A DNA stretch of 43,178 bases from Planctomycetota bacterium (GTDB taxonomy: Bacteria > Planctomycetota > SZUA-567 > H5-PLA8), in assembly GCA_038227875.1 (NCBI GenBank), contig JBBRPR010000067.1, positions 1-43,178 on the forward strand. Direction: 5' to 3'. Both the position numbers and the translations under genes were made by a program. The notes beneath the pieces were generated by a model. The model made no database searches. It was given only the letters and a program-made list of their open reading frames with translations, and was not told where the DNA came from. This document shows positions 1-10,130 of this stretch, piece by piece (position 1 is the stretch's first letter; each line of letters begins with the position of its first letter).

Positions 1-200
1 CCATACTTGCTGTCCAACGCTCGTTCCACGTTACTGGACCGAGGTGCCGCCGACGACGAATTCAGCCGCTTGCGCAAATCCTCAATGTCCCGCTTCAACT
101 GATCAATTTCCGCCTGCGATGCATCGGCGGCCTTGACTGCAGGCACCACCAACACGAGCGCGGCGAGAAACAAGCCGACGAGTGACTTCATACGAACCAT
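1..200 (-). CDS. Partial (runs off window) secreted protein, probable porin paralogous to 598..2175
   Basis: Manual translation from ATG at 200: MVRMKSLVGLFLAALVLVVPAVKAADASQAEIDQLKRDIEDLRKRLNSSSAAPRSSNVERALDSKYG. SD GGGAGGGG upstream; signal peptide plus coiled coil; IEDLRKR...SKYG matches VEDLRKR...SKFG of the neighbouring porin. Confidence 0.75.
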   Translation of the reverse strand, partial: MVRMKSLVGLFLAALVLVVPAVKAADASQAEIDQLKRDIEDLRKRLNSSSAAPRSSNVERALDSKY

Positions 201-597
201 TATCCCCTCCCGTATGCCGGAACTCGTTTCTAAATCCTTGACGGCCCGCACCGTCACTTATGTGGATTAGAAACGAACAAAGTCAAGAACTGGCGCCAAA
301 TGACGACGCGTTTTGCAAGATCTTTATCCGCTGTAAGCGATTAGGTGAAGCTTTTTAACCGCGGTGGTCGGATTGTCAAGGACGTCTTGAAAAATTTTCT
401 GTCGGGGCTCCGGTTATCGGTATTCTTGTTAGTTCAATGCACATAGTGATTTATCGGCTGCTTTCACAGTGTTCATTACCAAACAATGCGCACCATGTTT
501 TTTCCGAAGATGTCACTTGTGGATTACTTTACTGCTGCTATTGTCTCGTGTTCAAACCAAAATAGTTGGTCGAGCACATCGTTTTAAGGGGGGATGC

Positions 598-2175
598 ATG
601 TCTCATCGGAAAGTTTCGTTGGTAGCTTTGTGCGTGGTGATGGCCATTGCCAACCGTGCACAGGTGAAAGCTGCTACGACAGTCGAAGATCTGCGCGCTG
701 AAGTTGAAGATTTACGAAAGCGTGTCACAGCAAAGCAGGCCTCGACTCCCATCAGTGAGGTGGATAACTGCACCTGCAGTAAATTTGGCCCCAACGCTCC
801 GGTGACCACGCGCAACGGCAAGCTGGAAATCGGTGGGCTGCTGCAGATCTGGGACGTCACCTATTACAACCGCGACAAGCAGGACATCTTCGGCGACCGC
901 GGCCCGAATGCCGGTTCTGGCGGCACCAATGAAACGCAGGATAACGGCGGCTACTCGATTCGCCGCGCTGAATTGCGCTTCAAGATGGACATCCACGAAA
1001 ACATCACCTCCGTCGTCACCATCGACCCGGCTCGCGAAATCACCAGCGTGCCCAGCTATCCCAGCAATCAGGGACAGTTCAAGTCGGTGCGCACGAACCC
1101 GTCGATCGCTCACGGCACGTCCGTCGCCCTGACCCCGGTCGGCCGCGTGCAGTCCGGCGCCGGCACCTCCAACCGCATGCTCGAAGATGCCTACATTAAT
1201 TATCACGGCGTGCTGCCGCACCACGACGTCACCATCGGCCAGTTCAAGCCGGCGATGGGCGAAGAAGGCGTGCGCAACAGCGCGTACCTCGATTTCGCCG
1301 AACGCGCGATGGTCACGCAGCTCAACGATGTCCGCGACATTGGTATCCAGGCACACGGTACCTGGGTCGATGACCGCCTGCAGTACTGGGTCGGCGCCTT
1401 CAACGGCACCGGGAACTACTTCGGCACCGCCGGTCCCGACGGCACGCTGGTCGCCCGCCCCAACGGCGCTCAGAACCGCGCTGACGACAACGACAATAAG
1501 GATGTGCTGGTCAGTCTGCTCGGCCGCCCCTTCTGGAACTGGGGCTGCATCGGCAGCATGGAAATCGGCGTGTCCGGCGAAGCTGGCCTGCACGGCGAAG
1601 CCGGTGGCGTCGATTCGCTCAACTCCCCGGTCAACGGCCTCAATCGCCGCCGCACCTGGGCCAGCCGCGAAGCGGCGTGGGTCTACTACAAGCCCCTCGG
1701 CGTCGTCCGCGGCTTGTGGGTCCGCGGCGAAGTCGGCTCCCAGCAGGACCGCACGGTTCCGCTCTCGGTGGACGCCTTCGATCTCGGCGGCGGCCCCAAT
1801 GGCGAACAGGTTTCACCCCATCCGTTCCGTCGCTACGGCGGCTATGGCGCGGTCGGTTACAAGCTGACCGACAGCGTCTTCGCCGAACGCCTCAGCCACG
1901 GTGGCTTCTTCAATAACCTGCTGGAGCCGGTCGAATTCGTCTTCCGCTATGAACAGTTCGGCAACATCATCACCGAAAGCCTGCGCAGCCCCGACACGCA
2001 GACGGATGTCAACGACACGAAGGTCGTGACGATGGGCGTCAACTACTACGTGAAGGCCTACAATTCGCGCGTGCAGATGAACTATTCGGTGGTCGATGAA
2101 CCGTCGAGCCACGTGCGCGGCTTCCACGAAGTCCAGAACAACGTCTTCATCTTCACCTACCAGATCATGTTCTAA
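598..2175 (+). CDS. Outer-membrane porin, phosphate-selective porin O/P (OprO/OprP)-like
   Basis: Likely start MSHRK after G-rich SD; signal peptide, coiled coil, motifs IRRAELRF, LEDAYINY, IGQFKPAMGEE, FAERAMV, RDIGIQAHG, GVNYY; C-terminal Phe. Confidence 0.75.
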   Translation: MSHRKVSLVALCVVMAIANRAQVKAATTVEDLRAEVEDLRKRVTAKQASTPISEVDNCTCSKFGPNAPVTTRNGKLEIGGLLQIWDVTYYNRDKQDIFGDRGPNAGSGGTNETQDNGGYSIRRAELRFKMDIHENITSVVTIDPAREITSVPSYPSNQGQFKSVRTNPSIAHGTSVALTPVGRVQSGAGTSNRMLEDAYINYHGVLPHHDVTIGQFKPAMGEEGVRNSAYLDFAERAMVTQLNDVRDIGIQAHGTWVDDRLQYWVGAFNGTGNYFGTAGPDGTLVARPNGAQNRADDNDNKDVLVSLLGRPFWNWGCIGSMEIGVSGEAGLHGEAGGVDSLNSPVNGLNRRRTWASREAAWVYYKPLGVVRGLWVRGEVGSQQDRTVPLSVDAFDLGGGPNGEQVSPHPFRRYGGYGAVGYKLTDSVFAERLSHGGFFNNLLEPVEFVFRYEQFGNIITESLRSPDTQTDVNDTKVVTMGVNYYVKAYNSRVQMNYSVVDEPSSHVRGFHEVQNNVFIFTYQIMF

Positions 2176-2201
2176 GCGATCTGGGTTCGAATCGTTCGAA
2201 C

Positions 2202-2233
2202 GCAGGCGGCGCGAAAGCGCCGCCTGCTTTTTT
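2202..2233 (+). terminator. Intrinsic terminator after porin
   Basis: GCAGGCGGCGC-GAAA-GCGCCGCCTGC followed by TTTTTT. Confidence 0.9.
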
Positions 2234-2309
2234 ATGTCTGACACAAAACTGCGGTGTAGGTCTTCGAAGCGGCTGCTCCCACACTTCGCCGCAGAAAGCG
2301 AGTTCTCCC

Positions 2310-4016
2310 ATGCGCGTGTTACTTATTGCCACGGCAGTACTACTCGGATTTGCAGCCCACGCGGAAACCACCGTCTGGTGCGTCGGCGAATCCACGAAAA
2401 TAAAAGCGACCGATGCCCCGGGAAAAAGTTCGATCTGGGATGCCGCCACGCATACCGTGACACTCGGCAGCGCCCGCAACGAATACGTCGCGTTCCAGAT
2501 TGGCGTCCACGCGGATAAGGACGAACTGGCCGGCGTCACCGTCGTTCCGGCCGACTTGAAAGGGCCGGGCGGTGCCACGATCCCGGCGACGAACATCGAT
2601 CTGTTCGTCGAACACTACCTGAATGTCACGGTCTCCTCGCGCGGCGACGAGAAGTCGCCCTTCCCCGGTTGCACGACCGGAGAACATCCCACGCAAATGG
2701 TGCCGTTTGGCGCGAAAAAATTTGGCGCACCATTTACCGTTGGTGCGGGCCGCAATCAGCCGGTGTGGATCGACATTTACGTCCCCGAAGACGCCGCTCC
2801 CGGCGACTACAAAGGCACGTTCAAAGTGAAAGCCGGCGAGACCGCGCTGGGCGACGTCAACGTGGCGCTGACGGTCTGGAAATTCACACTGCCGCAAGAG
2901 ACGCATTTTCGCAGCTACCTCTATACCGGCCCGGAGAATCTGCGCTGGGGCCACCGCATCAAGGATCTCCCCAGCATCTATGATGCAAAATTTCTCGAAT
3001 TGGAAGACCATTACTTCCAGATGGCGCATCAGCACCGCTTGAATTTCCATCCTGTTGGCGGCACGGGCCTCGAGGAAGTGCTCGACCATCATTACAAATA
3101 TTACGACGGCTCCGGCTTCACCCAGCGCGTTGGCAAAGGCGTCGGTCAGAACGTCGCCTGCATCACGCCGGAAGGCAAAGACGAAGCGAGCTTCAAGAAG
3201 ATCGCCAAGGAGATCGTCGAAAAGTGGGAGCGCAAGACGCCCAAGGCGGTGCTCTTCGCGTACATGTGGGACGAACCGCATTCGCCGGAGGACTTCGCTG
3301 AATCCAAGCAGCGCTGCAAATGGGTGCACGACGCCGTCGGCAAGAAACTCCCCACGTTCATCGCCACGCCGCAGTGGCAGAAGTATGAAGCCGGCGACGT
3401 CAACTTTTACTCTGAGCCATCCGCCGAAGACATCCCCAAGATTCTCGAACGCGGCGACGCCGTCTGGGCTGTCAATGGCGGCTACGGCGGCGGACCGTAC
3501 GTCGATGCGCCGGGATACGGCGGCCGTTCAATCGTCTGGATGAACTGGAAGATGAAGCTGGCCGGCTGGCAGTTCTGGGACTGCTGCTACTGGGTCGACA
3601 AGCAGAACCGCAAACACAAGGAAGGCAAGCGCTGGGTCGGCGACATGAATTACGGGCAGATCAACGCCGATCCCGAACGCTACCTCGAAAAACTCTGGTC
3701 TGATCCGATGAACTTCGACGAAAGCCGCAAGAAAGGCTACCGCATCGCCGACGCCATCCGCATCAACGGCGACGGTCTGCTCTACTATCCCGGCTTCGAT
3801 GTCGGCATCGACGGTCCGGTCGCGAGCTTCGCCGTGAAGTCCCTGCGCCGCGGCGCCCAGGACTACGAATACCTCTGGCTGCTCAAGCAGGCCGGCAAGG
3901 AAAAGGAAACGGAAGCGATCGTCAACTCCGTCTGCCCCTCCCCCGGCAAGTGGAGCGAAGACATCGAAGCCTGGGAAAAAGCGCGCCTGGATTTGGCGGC
4001 GCTGCTGAACAAGTAG
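2310..4016 (+). CDS. Secreted DUF4091 / GH123-like glycoside hydrolase domain protein
   Basis: Signal peptide; ARNEYVAFQI, NQPVWIDIYVP..A.PG.Y.G, LTVWKFTLP, YMWDEP, NGDGLLYYPG, LRRGAQDYEYL motifs typical of DUF4091 proteins. Confidence 0.75.
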   Translation: MRVLLIATAVLLGFAAHAETTVWCVGESTKIKATDAPGKSSIWDAATHTVTLGSARNEYVAFQIGVHADKDELAGVTVVPADLKGPGGATIPATNIDLFVEHYLNVTVSSRGDEKSPFPGCTTGEHPTQMVPFGAKKFGAPFTVGAGRNQPVWIDIYVPEDAAPGDYKGTFKVKAGETALGDVNVALTVWKFTLPQETHFRSYLYTGPENLRWGHRIKDLPSIYDAKFLELEDHYFQMAHQHRLNFHPVGGTGLEEVLDHHYKYYDGSGFTQRVGKGVGQNVACITPEGKDEASFKKIAKEIVEKWERKTPKAVLFAYMWDEPHSPEDFAESKQRCKWVHDAVGKKLPTFIATPQWQKYEAGDVNFYSEPSAEDIPKILERGDAVWAVNGGYGGGPYVDAPGYGGRSIVWMNWKMKLAGWQFWDCCYWVDKQNRKHKEGKRWVGDMNYGQINADPERYLEKLWSDPMNFDESRKKGYRIADAIRINGDGLLYYPGFDVGIDGPVASFAVKSLRRGAQDYEYLWLLKQAGKEKETEAIVNSVCPSPGKWSEDIEAWEKARLDLAALLNK

Positions 4017-4071
4017 CACTCGCTTCAAGATTAATCGGGCCACAATCCCGCGAGGGTCCGACCACCAGCAC

Positions 4072-4106
4072 AAAAGAACTCGCCGCATTTATGCGGCGAG
4101 TTTTTT
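4072..4106. terminator. Bidirectional intrinsic terminator between convergent genes
   Basis: AAAAG-AACTCGCCGCAT-TT-ATGCGGCGAGTT-TTTT. Confidence 0.85.
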
Positions 4107-4130
4107 ATCAGTCGTCCTCAGTCGTTCCGT

Positions 4131-6164
4131 TCAATTCCCCAGCTGCAGATACCGATAGTACACTTCCAGCGACAAACATCCCATCGCCGTCGCGTACGCG
4201 CGGCCCGAGCGGATTTCGTAGGGCGAGAGCGTGTCCCACGAGCCGGCGAAGTCGCCGTCTTTGCGCTGATGCGGCAGCAGCATCTCCTTCATCGCCGTGT
4301 TCCACTGCTTCCACAGGTCGCCGCCGACCTGGAACATCATCAGCGTGGTGTAATAGGTGTAGTACATCGGCCAGCCGCCACCGTTGCCGACGCCCAGTTC
4401 GGCCTTCCATTCCGGCGGGGACGTGCGCATCAGCCACTGCGCCGAACCGTGGATTTCTTCGGCCTTCACACCCAGGAACAACTGGCACAGACAGCCGATC
4501 GCCGTGGTGTTGTGCATCGGTGTGCGGTCCAGGTAGCCGTAGCGGTACTTCCCGGTGTCGTAGCCGTCGTCTTCCTTCTTGACCTTCTCGGGGGGAGCTT
4601 CGCGCGTGGCGTAGAATTTCAGCGCGCCTTCGAATGACATGGGATTCACATGCAGGCCGGCGATCTTGGCACTCTTGAGCTGCATCACGTACCAGCCGCT
4701 GACGGAACTGTCGGCTTCCGCCGCCTTGGGCGAATAGCGCCAGCCGAGTTTGTCGCTGCCTTCGCCGTATTGATAAATTTCACAGGTGTAATCGACGGCT
4801 TTTTGCGCTGCCGCCTTGGTTTCAGGAATGCGGCCCATGCCCGCCGCCTCGGCCAGCGCCATGCCGCAGATGGCATGGTGGTAGGCGTAGCCGCCGTGCA
4901 TTTCCTTGTATTTTCCGTCCGTGCCGATCGCGCCGTCGGCGCGCTGCTGTGAGATGATCCAGGCGATGCCGCGCTTGACGTTGTCCTTGTACATGCCCAC
5001 GCGTTCAGAATGTCCCGCGCCGAGGAAGGCCAGCACCGCCAGTCCCGTCACGCCCGGATCCCAGTCGCTGTCACCGCCGGTGTTCTTCACCGACCAGCGG
5101 CCGTCGGCTTCCTGATGGTACGCCAGCCAGCGCAACGCCGCGTCCACCGCGTTTTCAGTCAGGTGGGAACCGCCGTGGCGCTTGACCATCAGTTTGCGTC
5201 CGCCGCCGTTGCGTTGTCCAAAGCTCCCGCGTCCGGCGCCCGTGCCCACGCCGATGCCCGTGCCGTCGCCGCCGCCGAATCCCCCGCCCGTGCCTTTGCT
5301 CGCGCCGCCGCCCACGCCGATCACGTCTTCCATGCTCATGCCGCCCATCCCGCCGCCGCCTTCGGCTTCGGTGTTGCCTTGAACGGAATGAAACATCTTC
5401 GCGTCAGGATTGCCCAGCGCGCTGTGCGTGTCGGGCTGGTCAGGATTGATCGTTTCGAAGTGATCGCCCAGCTCCGCCTTGGCCAGGATGTCCGGCGGCA
5501 CCACCACATCGGACGCTTCTTTCGACGTCGGATCGGTCGCCGGCGTGTCGTGTTTGGACGCGAGCGCATCGACGGGGTCGGGCTTGGTTTTCTCCTGCTC
5601 CGAGTCGATCACCGGCCGCGCCTGCATTTCGGTCATCATGATCACCGCGTCGTCCGATCGCGGCAGTTCGATGGCCATCGAGACCAGGCTCGCCAGCGCG
5701 ATCACGAGGATATGGAGCGCCGTCGAAACCAGCCACCACGGCGCGGAACCCAGGCGCGTCGCAAATCCAGCGGCCGCCACTTCCTCTTCCGGCTCGCCGT
5801 AATCGCCTTCCGCGGAGTACGACGCCGTCGCCGCGCCGGGCGCCGCCGCTTTTGCCACGCCCCGCGGTGGCGATTGCTTCAACGCCAGCACGCGCTTGTC
5901 GGCGCGGCTTTCGAAGTCCTGGGAAATGACTTTGTCGCCGTACGTCTTCTGCAGCAGTTCGAAAACTTTCTTCTGCGCATCGAATTCGGCTTTGCAGGAT
6001 TTGCAGTCGTTGAGATGCGAAAGCAGCGGACGGACTTCGCCGGCCGGCAGTTCGCCCTCAAAATAAGGACGGAAGGATTCCAGCGCGTAGTCGCAGAACG
6101 CCGGCGCCAGTTGCGCGCTTCCCGGTTTGACACTCACCGCTTTTGCGGATCGCGAGCTGCTCAT
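4131..6164 (-). CDS. Zinc-binding anti-sigma (zf-HC2) domain + TM helix + prenyltransferase/squalene-oxidase-repeat alpha/alpha-barrel protein
   Basis: HLNDCKSC (HxxxCxxC) near N-terminus; TM PWWLVSTALHILVIALASLV; Gly-rich linker; repeats LRWLAYHQEADGRW, IISQQRADGAI, QRKDGDFAGSW; ends LEVYYRYL. Confidence 0.8.
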   Translation of the reverse strand: MSSSRSAKAVSVKPGSAQLAPAFCDYALESFRPYFEGELPAGEVRPLLSHLNDCKSCKAEFDAQKKVFELLQKTYGDKVISQDFESRADKRVLALKQSPPRGVAKAAAPGAATASYSAEGDYGEPEEEVAAAGFATRLGSAPWWLVSTALHILVIALASLVSMAIELPRSDDAVIMMTEMQARPVIDSEQEKTKPDPVDALASKHDTPATDPTSKEASDVVVPPDILAKAELGDHFETINPDQPDTHSALGNPDAKMFHSVQGNTEAEGGGGMGGMSMEDVIGVGGGASKGTGGGFGGGDGTGIGVGTGAGRGSFGQRNGGGRKLMVKRHGGSHLTENAVDAALRWLAYHQEADGRWSVKNTGGDSDWDPGVTGLAVLAFLGAGHSERVGMYKDNVKRGIAWIISQQRADGAIGTDGKYKEMHGGYAYHHAICGMALAEAAGMGRIPETKAAAQKAVDYTCEIYQYGEGSDKLGWRYSPKAAEADSSVSGWYVMQLKSAKIAGLHVNPMSFEGALKFYATREAPPEKVKKEDDGYDTGKYRYGYLDRTPMHNTTAIGCLCQLFLGVKAEEIHGSAQWLMRTSPPEWKAELGVGNGGGWPMYYTYYTTLMMFQVGGDLWKQWNTAMKEMLLPHQRKDGDFAGSWDTLSPYEIRSGRAYATAMGCLSLEVYYRYLQLGN

Positions 6165-6745
6165 TTGGGGTGTGACTCCTGATGGACGACGGCCTTGAGT
6201 TTTTCGCTGAGCATGCGGTCGGCGCGCGCCAGGCGGCTGCGTACCGTGCCCGGGGGAATCCCGAGGCGCTGAGCGATTTCATCGTTCGAAAGTTTTTCCC
6301 AGTAGCGCAGGACCAGCGCTTCGCGAAACTGTTCGGGCAGACTGTCGACGGCACGGGCGACCGCGTCTTCCGGTTTGATCGCAGCCTTGCCGCCAGTCGT
6401 GTTGCCCGGCGCGGGGACCGCGTCAAGCTGCCCCGTCGCCAGACGCTCTTCCTTGTGGCGCGTGCGCTGCCGTACGAGATTCTGCGCGAGATTGCGGTTG
6501 ATGCCCCGCAGCCAGACGCCGAGTTTCGCCGGATCTTTCAACTGCCGCAGATTCACGAACGCCTGCGAGAGCGTCTCCTGCGCGACGTCTTCGGCGTCGG
6601 CCTGGTTGCCGAGCATCACGAAGGCCTGGTTGACCAGATCGGCGCGGAAACGTTCCATCAACTTCCAGAACTGATCGAGCGGCGCACCGTCGGGGTCTTC
6701 CCGGTGCTTGATCAGCGTATCAATCATGACTTCCGTGGTCGGCAT
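6161..6745 (-). CDS. ECF-type RNA polymerase sigma-70 factor
   Basis: DAEDVAQET, WLRGINRNLA (region 2); LPEQFREALVLRYWEKLSNDEIAQRLGIPPGTVRSRLARA (region 4); ATGA overlap with the anti-sigma gene. Confidence 0.93.
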   Translation of the reverse strand: MPTTEVMIDTLIKHREDPDGAPLDQFWKLMERFRADLVNQAFVMLGNQADAEDVAQETLSQAFVNLRQLKDPAKLGVWLRGINRNLAQNLVRQRTRHKEERLATGQLDAVPAPGNTTGGKAAIKPEDAVARAVDSLPEQFREALVLRYWEKLSNDEIAQRLGIPPGTVRSRLARADRMLSEKLKAVVHQESHPK

Positions 6746-6859
6746 GTCAGTTCCCCGCTGAGCAAGTCGGTCGCTCTATAGACTAGTGGTCACGACTTTC
6801 GGATCTGCTCCCAAATTCTGAGAAAAGTTTTTTGCGAGGAGTTAAACGCAGTGCGCCAG

Positions 6860-6879
6860 TGCATAATGCGCATTATGCA
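6860..6879. promoter_or_regulatory. Perfect 20-bp palindrome upstream of ECF/anti-sigma operon (candidate operator)
   Basis: TGCATAATGCGCATTATGCA is its own reverse complement; no U-tract. Confidence 0.45.
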
Positions 6880-6925
6880 TACTATGAGGGGCGACGTTGA
6901 AAGCAATAGGCTGCTGAACTTATTC

Positions 6926-7618
6926 TTAACTGGGTTTGTTTTCTTCGCCGAGCGGGAGGAGGCGCAGGATTCCCAGCAGAATCAGGAAGGCGACCAGTAT
7001 GATCACGAATGGCGCGGTGCCACCCCACATCGCTGGACACCACGGACCCACTTTGATCCGATACCAGAACACGTAAATCAACACAGCGCCGGCGGCCGAT
7101 ACGACTACACGAATGGCGTTCACGGGCTGGACGAGCAACCCCGTGCTGACCGGGCACTCGATCTCCGCCGCGAGCCGGCCGGCGAGCGCGACCATCTCGC
7201 GCTGATCGTACGACCACTTTCCGGTCCGCTCCACTTTGCCGTTCTTCAGGCGGAGCTTCAGAAAATAATTGCGCGGCCCTTTGCCGCCCGGGCAATGGAC
7301 GTTGACGCTCGCCACCTGCTCGAACGGAATCACCGTCGTCTTTTGCCCGAAGCGGCTGGTCTTCCGGACCGTCAGCTTCCGGGTGGACGGATCGACGAGC
7401 ACGGAAATGTCCTCTTTCAACAGCAGCGTCAGCAGCCCGACCGCACACAGCAGCACGCCCAGCCCAAACGCTGCAGTCACGTTTGGCGCCGTACCGAGCT
7501 TGCTGTACGTCAGAAGAATAAATGGAATCCCCGCGCACAGGATCACGGCGCCGAGCAGCTGATCCTTTCCAGTGTTGCTGCCCAGCGTCCAGGCAGGTCT
7601 GTGGGTCGCGGAGTTCAT
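6926..7618 (-). CDS. Hypothetical integral membrane protein (about 4 TM, central soluble domain)
   Basis: 230-aa ORF with two N-terminal and two C-terminal hydrophobic helices. Confidence 0.7.
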   Translation of the reverse strand: MNSATHRPAWTLGSNTGKDQLLGAVILCAGIPFILLTYSKLGTAPNVTAAFGLGVLLCAVGLLTLLLKEDISVLVDPSTRKLTVRKTSRFGQKTTVIPFEQVASVNVHCPGGKGPRNYFLKLRLKNGKVERTGKWSYDQREMVALAGRLAAEIECPVSTGLLVQPVNAIRVVVSAAGAVLIYVFWYRIKVGPWCPAMWGGTAPFVIILVAFLILLGILRLLPLGEENKPS

Positions 7619-7621
7619 GTG

Positions 7622-7960
7622 TTATTGAGAAGCCTGTGATGGATTCATCATCGAAAGCGCGAAGAACGCTGCGCAGAGAAACGCCAGAGCCGAGACAGTG
7701 CCGGTCGCCAACACGCCCACTCCCAGTGCAATGGCAATGCAGCTCACCAGCTTCATCCGTTGAGGATTGACGATGCCAAACGCAAACCAGAACGCCGTCG
7801 CCAGGAGACCGCCGCCGCCCCACGAAACCGGAATCCCCAGCTTCGCCGCCCTGGCCAGAAACACAACCGACGTCAGCAGCGACAGCGCCCCCAGCCCCGC
7901 CCAAAACCCGCGCACCCACGGCTTCCGGCCTCTGATCGGCCAGTTTTTCGTATCCATCAT
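7622..7960 (-). CDS. Small hypothetical membrane protein
   Basis: Start MMDTKNWP after SD AAGGGG; very hydrophobic; stop 3 bp before the next gene. Confidence 0.6.
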   Translation of the reverse strand: MMDTKNWPIRGRKPWVRGFWAGLGALSLLTSVVFLARAAKLGIPVSWGGGGLLATAFWFAFGIVNPQRMKLVSCIAIALGVGVLATGTVSALAFLCAAFFALSMMNPSQASQ

Positions 7961-8129
7961 AAACCCCTTACGTCGAGACCGCCCGCCAGATAGTTCACAG
8001 TGGCATAGGTGATAGTTCTCCGACGCCGCAGCGGCCATTATAAAAAGGCGCGGCGTTTGTATGGTGGGACTTTGGTCCGGGGACGCCCGTCAAGTGCGAT
8101 GTTCTTCGCTGCTGCGCAGCTCTGTGGAT

Positions 8130-8163
8130 AAAAAAATCACCCGCGCCATGCGGGTGATTTTTT
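8130..8163. terminator. Intrinsic terminator (A-tract/T-tract flanked) downstream of 8187..9913
   Basis: AAAAAAATCACCCGC-GCCAT-GCGGGTGATTTTTT. Confidence 0.85.
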
Positions 8164-8186
8164 CAAGCGGTGCGCCATCGCGATTC

Positions 8187-9913
8187 TCAGTTCGGCGCGT
8201 TGCTGGTCCAGCCGTTTTTCTTCGGGAAGATCGTCAGCGAGCTGGCGCCGGAGAGCGTGGTCGTCGACGTGCTGTCGATGAAGTCGACTTCCGACGTGTA
8301 GTTCGGCGTGGCCGTTGAATTCGTGCCGCTGATCGGAATGCCCGTAGCCGTGGCGTCGAGGTACGTCGTGGTGTACGTGCCTTTCAGCGACTTGGTGCTG
8401 AAATTGAAGCGCGTCACGGCGTTGCGCGTGGTCGAATCCACTTTCATGCTGGCCTTGATGTTCGTGCCGCTGACGGTGGCAGGAAGCGTATTGGCCAGAT
8501 TGCCGACGCTGATCTGCACCGACGCGGTCTTGCTCAGATCGGTGCCGCTGGGCGGTGTGCCGACAAACGCCACGCGCCACTTGTCACCCAACTGGCTCTT
8601 GTCATCGTGCCCCGAGATGGTGCTGAGCACCAAAAAGCCGCCGGCATCCGACGACGAGCCGCTCAGATCGAGACTCGAGGTCGACGAGCTGTTGACCGAG
8701 ACGACCTGCTCCGTCGACGTATCGCCGACCGTGCCGCCGACGACGCCCGAGCGGCCGCTGATGAAATCGTCAGCCAGCGTGCTGCCGGCGCGGTGCGTGG
8801 GCGAGGCGGACTTCTCCAGCAGTTCGGAGATCGCGAAGTCGGCGTTGGTCACCGTGATCACCACCACGCCTTTGCCGTTGACCTTGGCCGTGATCACCGA
8901 CGTGGCGCCCTTCTTCGGCTTGCCTTTGACGTTGAGATTCGAGGCGGTGCCGTCGGTGCCGAAAACGCCTTCGGGCGAAACGTAATTGCCGATGCGCAGC
9001 TGCACTGGCTTGCCGGCGAGATCGGAAATCTTGCCACCTAGGTTGATCAGTCCGGTGTACGTCAGCGTGCCGGAGTTGGAGCCCTTGCCAGCCTTGATCT
9101 TCAGGCCCATGCAGAACGATTCGCTGGCGATCAGCTTGTTGGGATCGACCTTGATCGAGAAGGTCTGATTCGGTCCGCTGCCGTCGCGCGCCAGCGCCAC
9201 ATTGCCGGCGGCGTCGGTGCAGGAAGCGGTGAAGGTAATCGTGCCGGCCTTCAGCGGCTGGCCGAAGACGATGCCGTCGTGCTTGCCCAGCGCCAGGCCC
9301 AGCGCCGCGAGGCTCGGCTGCGCCACGCCATCGAGGAAGACCGAACCGGTCAGCGCGAAAGTCAGCGGGTCGTTGGGATTGATGATGGCCAGATGGTCGG
9401 CATAGCTGCGGAATTGCTGACCATCGCTGAGGCCCGGTCCGATCGCAAAGCGGAAACGCGAGTCGGCGACAACATTCAGACGGAAGGGCTCGGTCCGCGT
9501 GCCGGTGCTGCCCAGTTCCGTGACGGTGGTCATGAAGCGCAGCGGTCCGGGCGGAAAGAGCGGAGGCAGGACGGTGCGGACTTTGTTGACGAAAGGCACG
9601 GTAAACAAGCCGCTGCGGTTAAGCACAAGATGGATTTGTCGAGCGATCCGGCGGTGATGCGGTAGGGCGGCACGCCACCTTTGGCGCGGACGAAGCGCCG
9701 GAAGAACTTCCCCGGCACCGCATCGCCGAGATCGCGATCGACTGTGGCTGACACGAACGGATTGGCGAAATTCAAGGTGGCCCGTGCCGGAGCAGCCGCG
9801 CGCGCTTGAACGTCCGCGTCACGGGATTCCGGCGACGTGGCAATCGCGTACGAAAATCCGGCCATCGCCAAAACCAGCGACAACAAGGCCGTTCGGGTGC
9901 GTTTTCCAGTCAT
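8187..9913 (-). pseudogene. Secreted Ig-like (He_PIG-type) repeat surface protein split by a 1-nt frameshift near 9630 (real pseudogene or sequencing error)
   Basis: ORF 9530..9913 has the signal peptide and GGVPPYRITAGSLDK; the motif continues in another frame as LVLNRSGLFT (ORF 8187..9626); second Ig-like unit GLALGKHDGIVFGQPLKAGTITFTASCTD. Confidence 0.7.
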
Positions 9914-10130
9914 GCAATTGACCCCTCTTAAAGGTGTGAATCACCAGAGTATCGCCGCGTTTACCGCGATCGCAAGTTGTCTGAGCCCCGTGTTGCTGCC
10001 GCGATACATATTAGATCGTTCCGGGAGTTCAGGGATTACCCAAGCCACCGGATTTATGCTGGCCCACTATGAAGGTACGCGCCGAAACATCTGCTGGATC
10101 AGCGTTTGGCCGCTGGGTATCGTGTGCTGA

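Noticed and set aside
9620..9640. Programmed ribosomal frameshift or phase-variable tract at the split surface-protein gene
   Set aside because: No slippery heptamer, homopolymer or short repeat at the junction.
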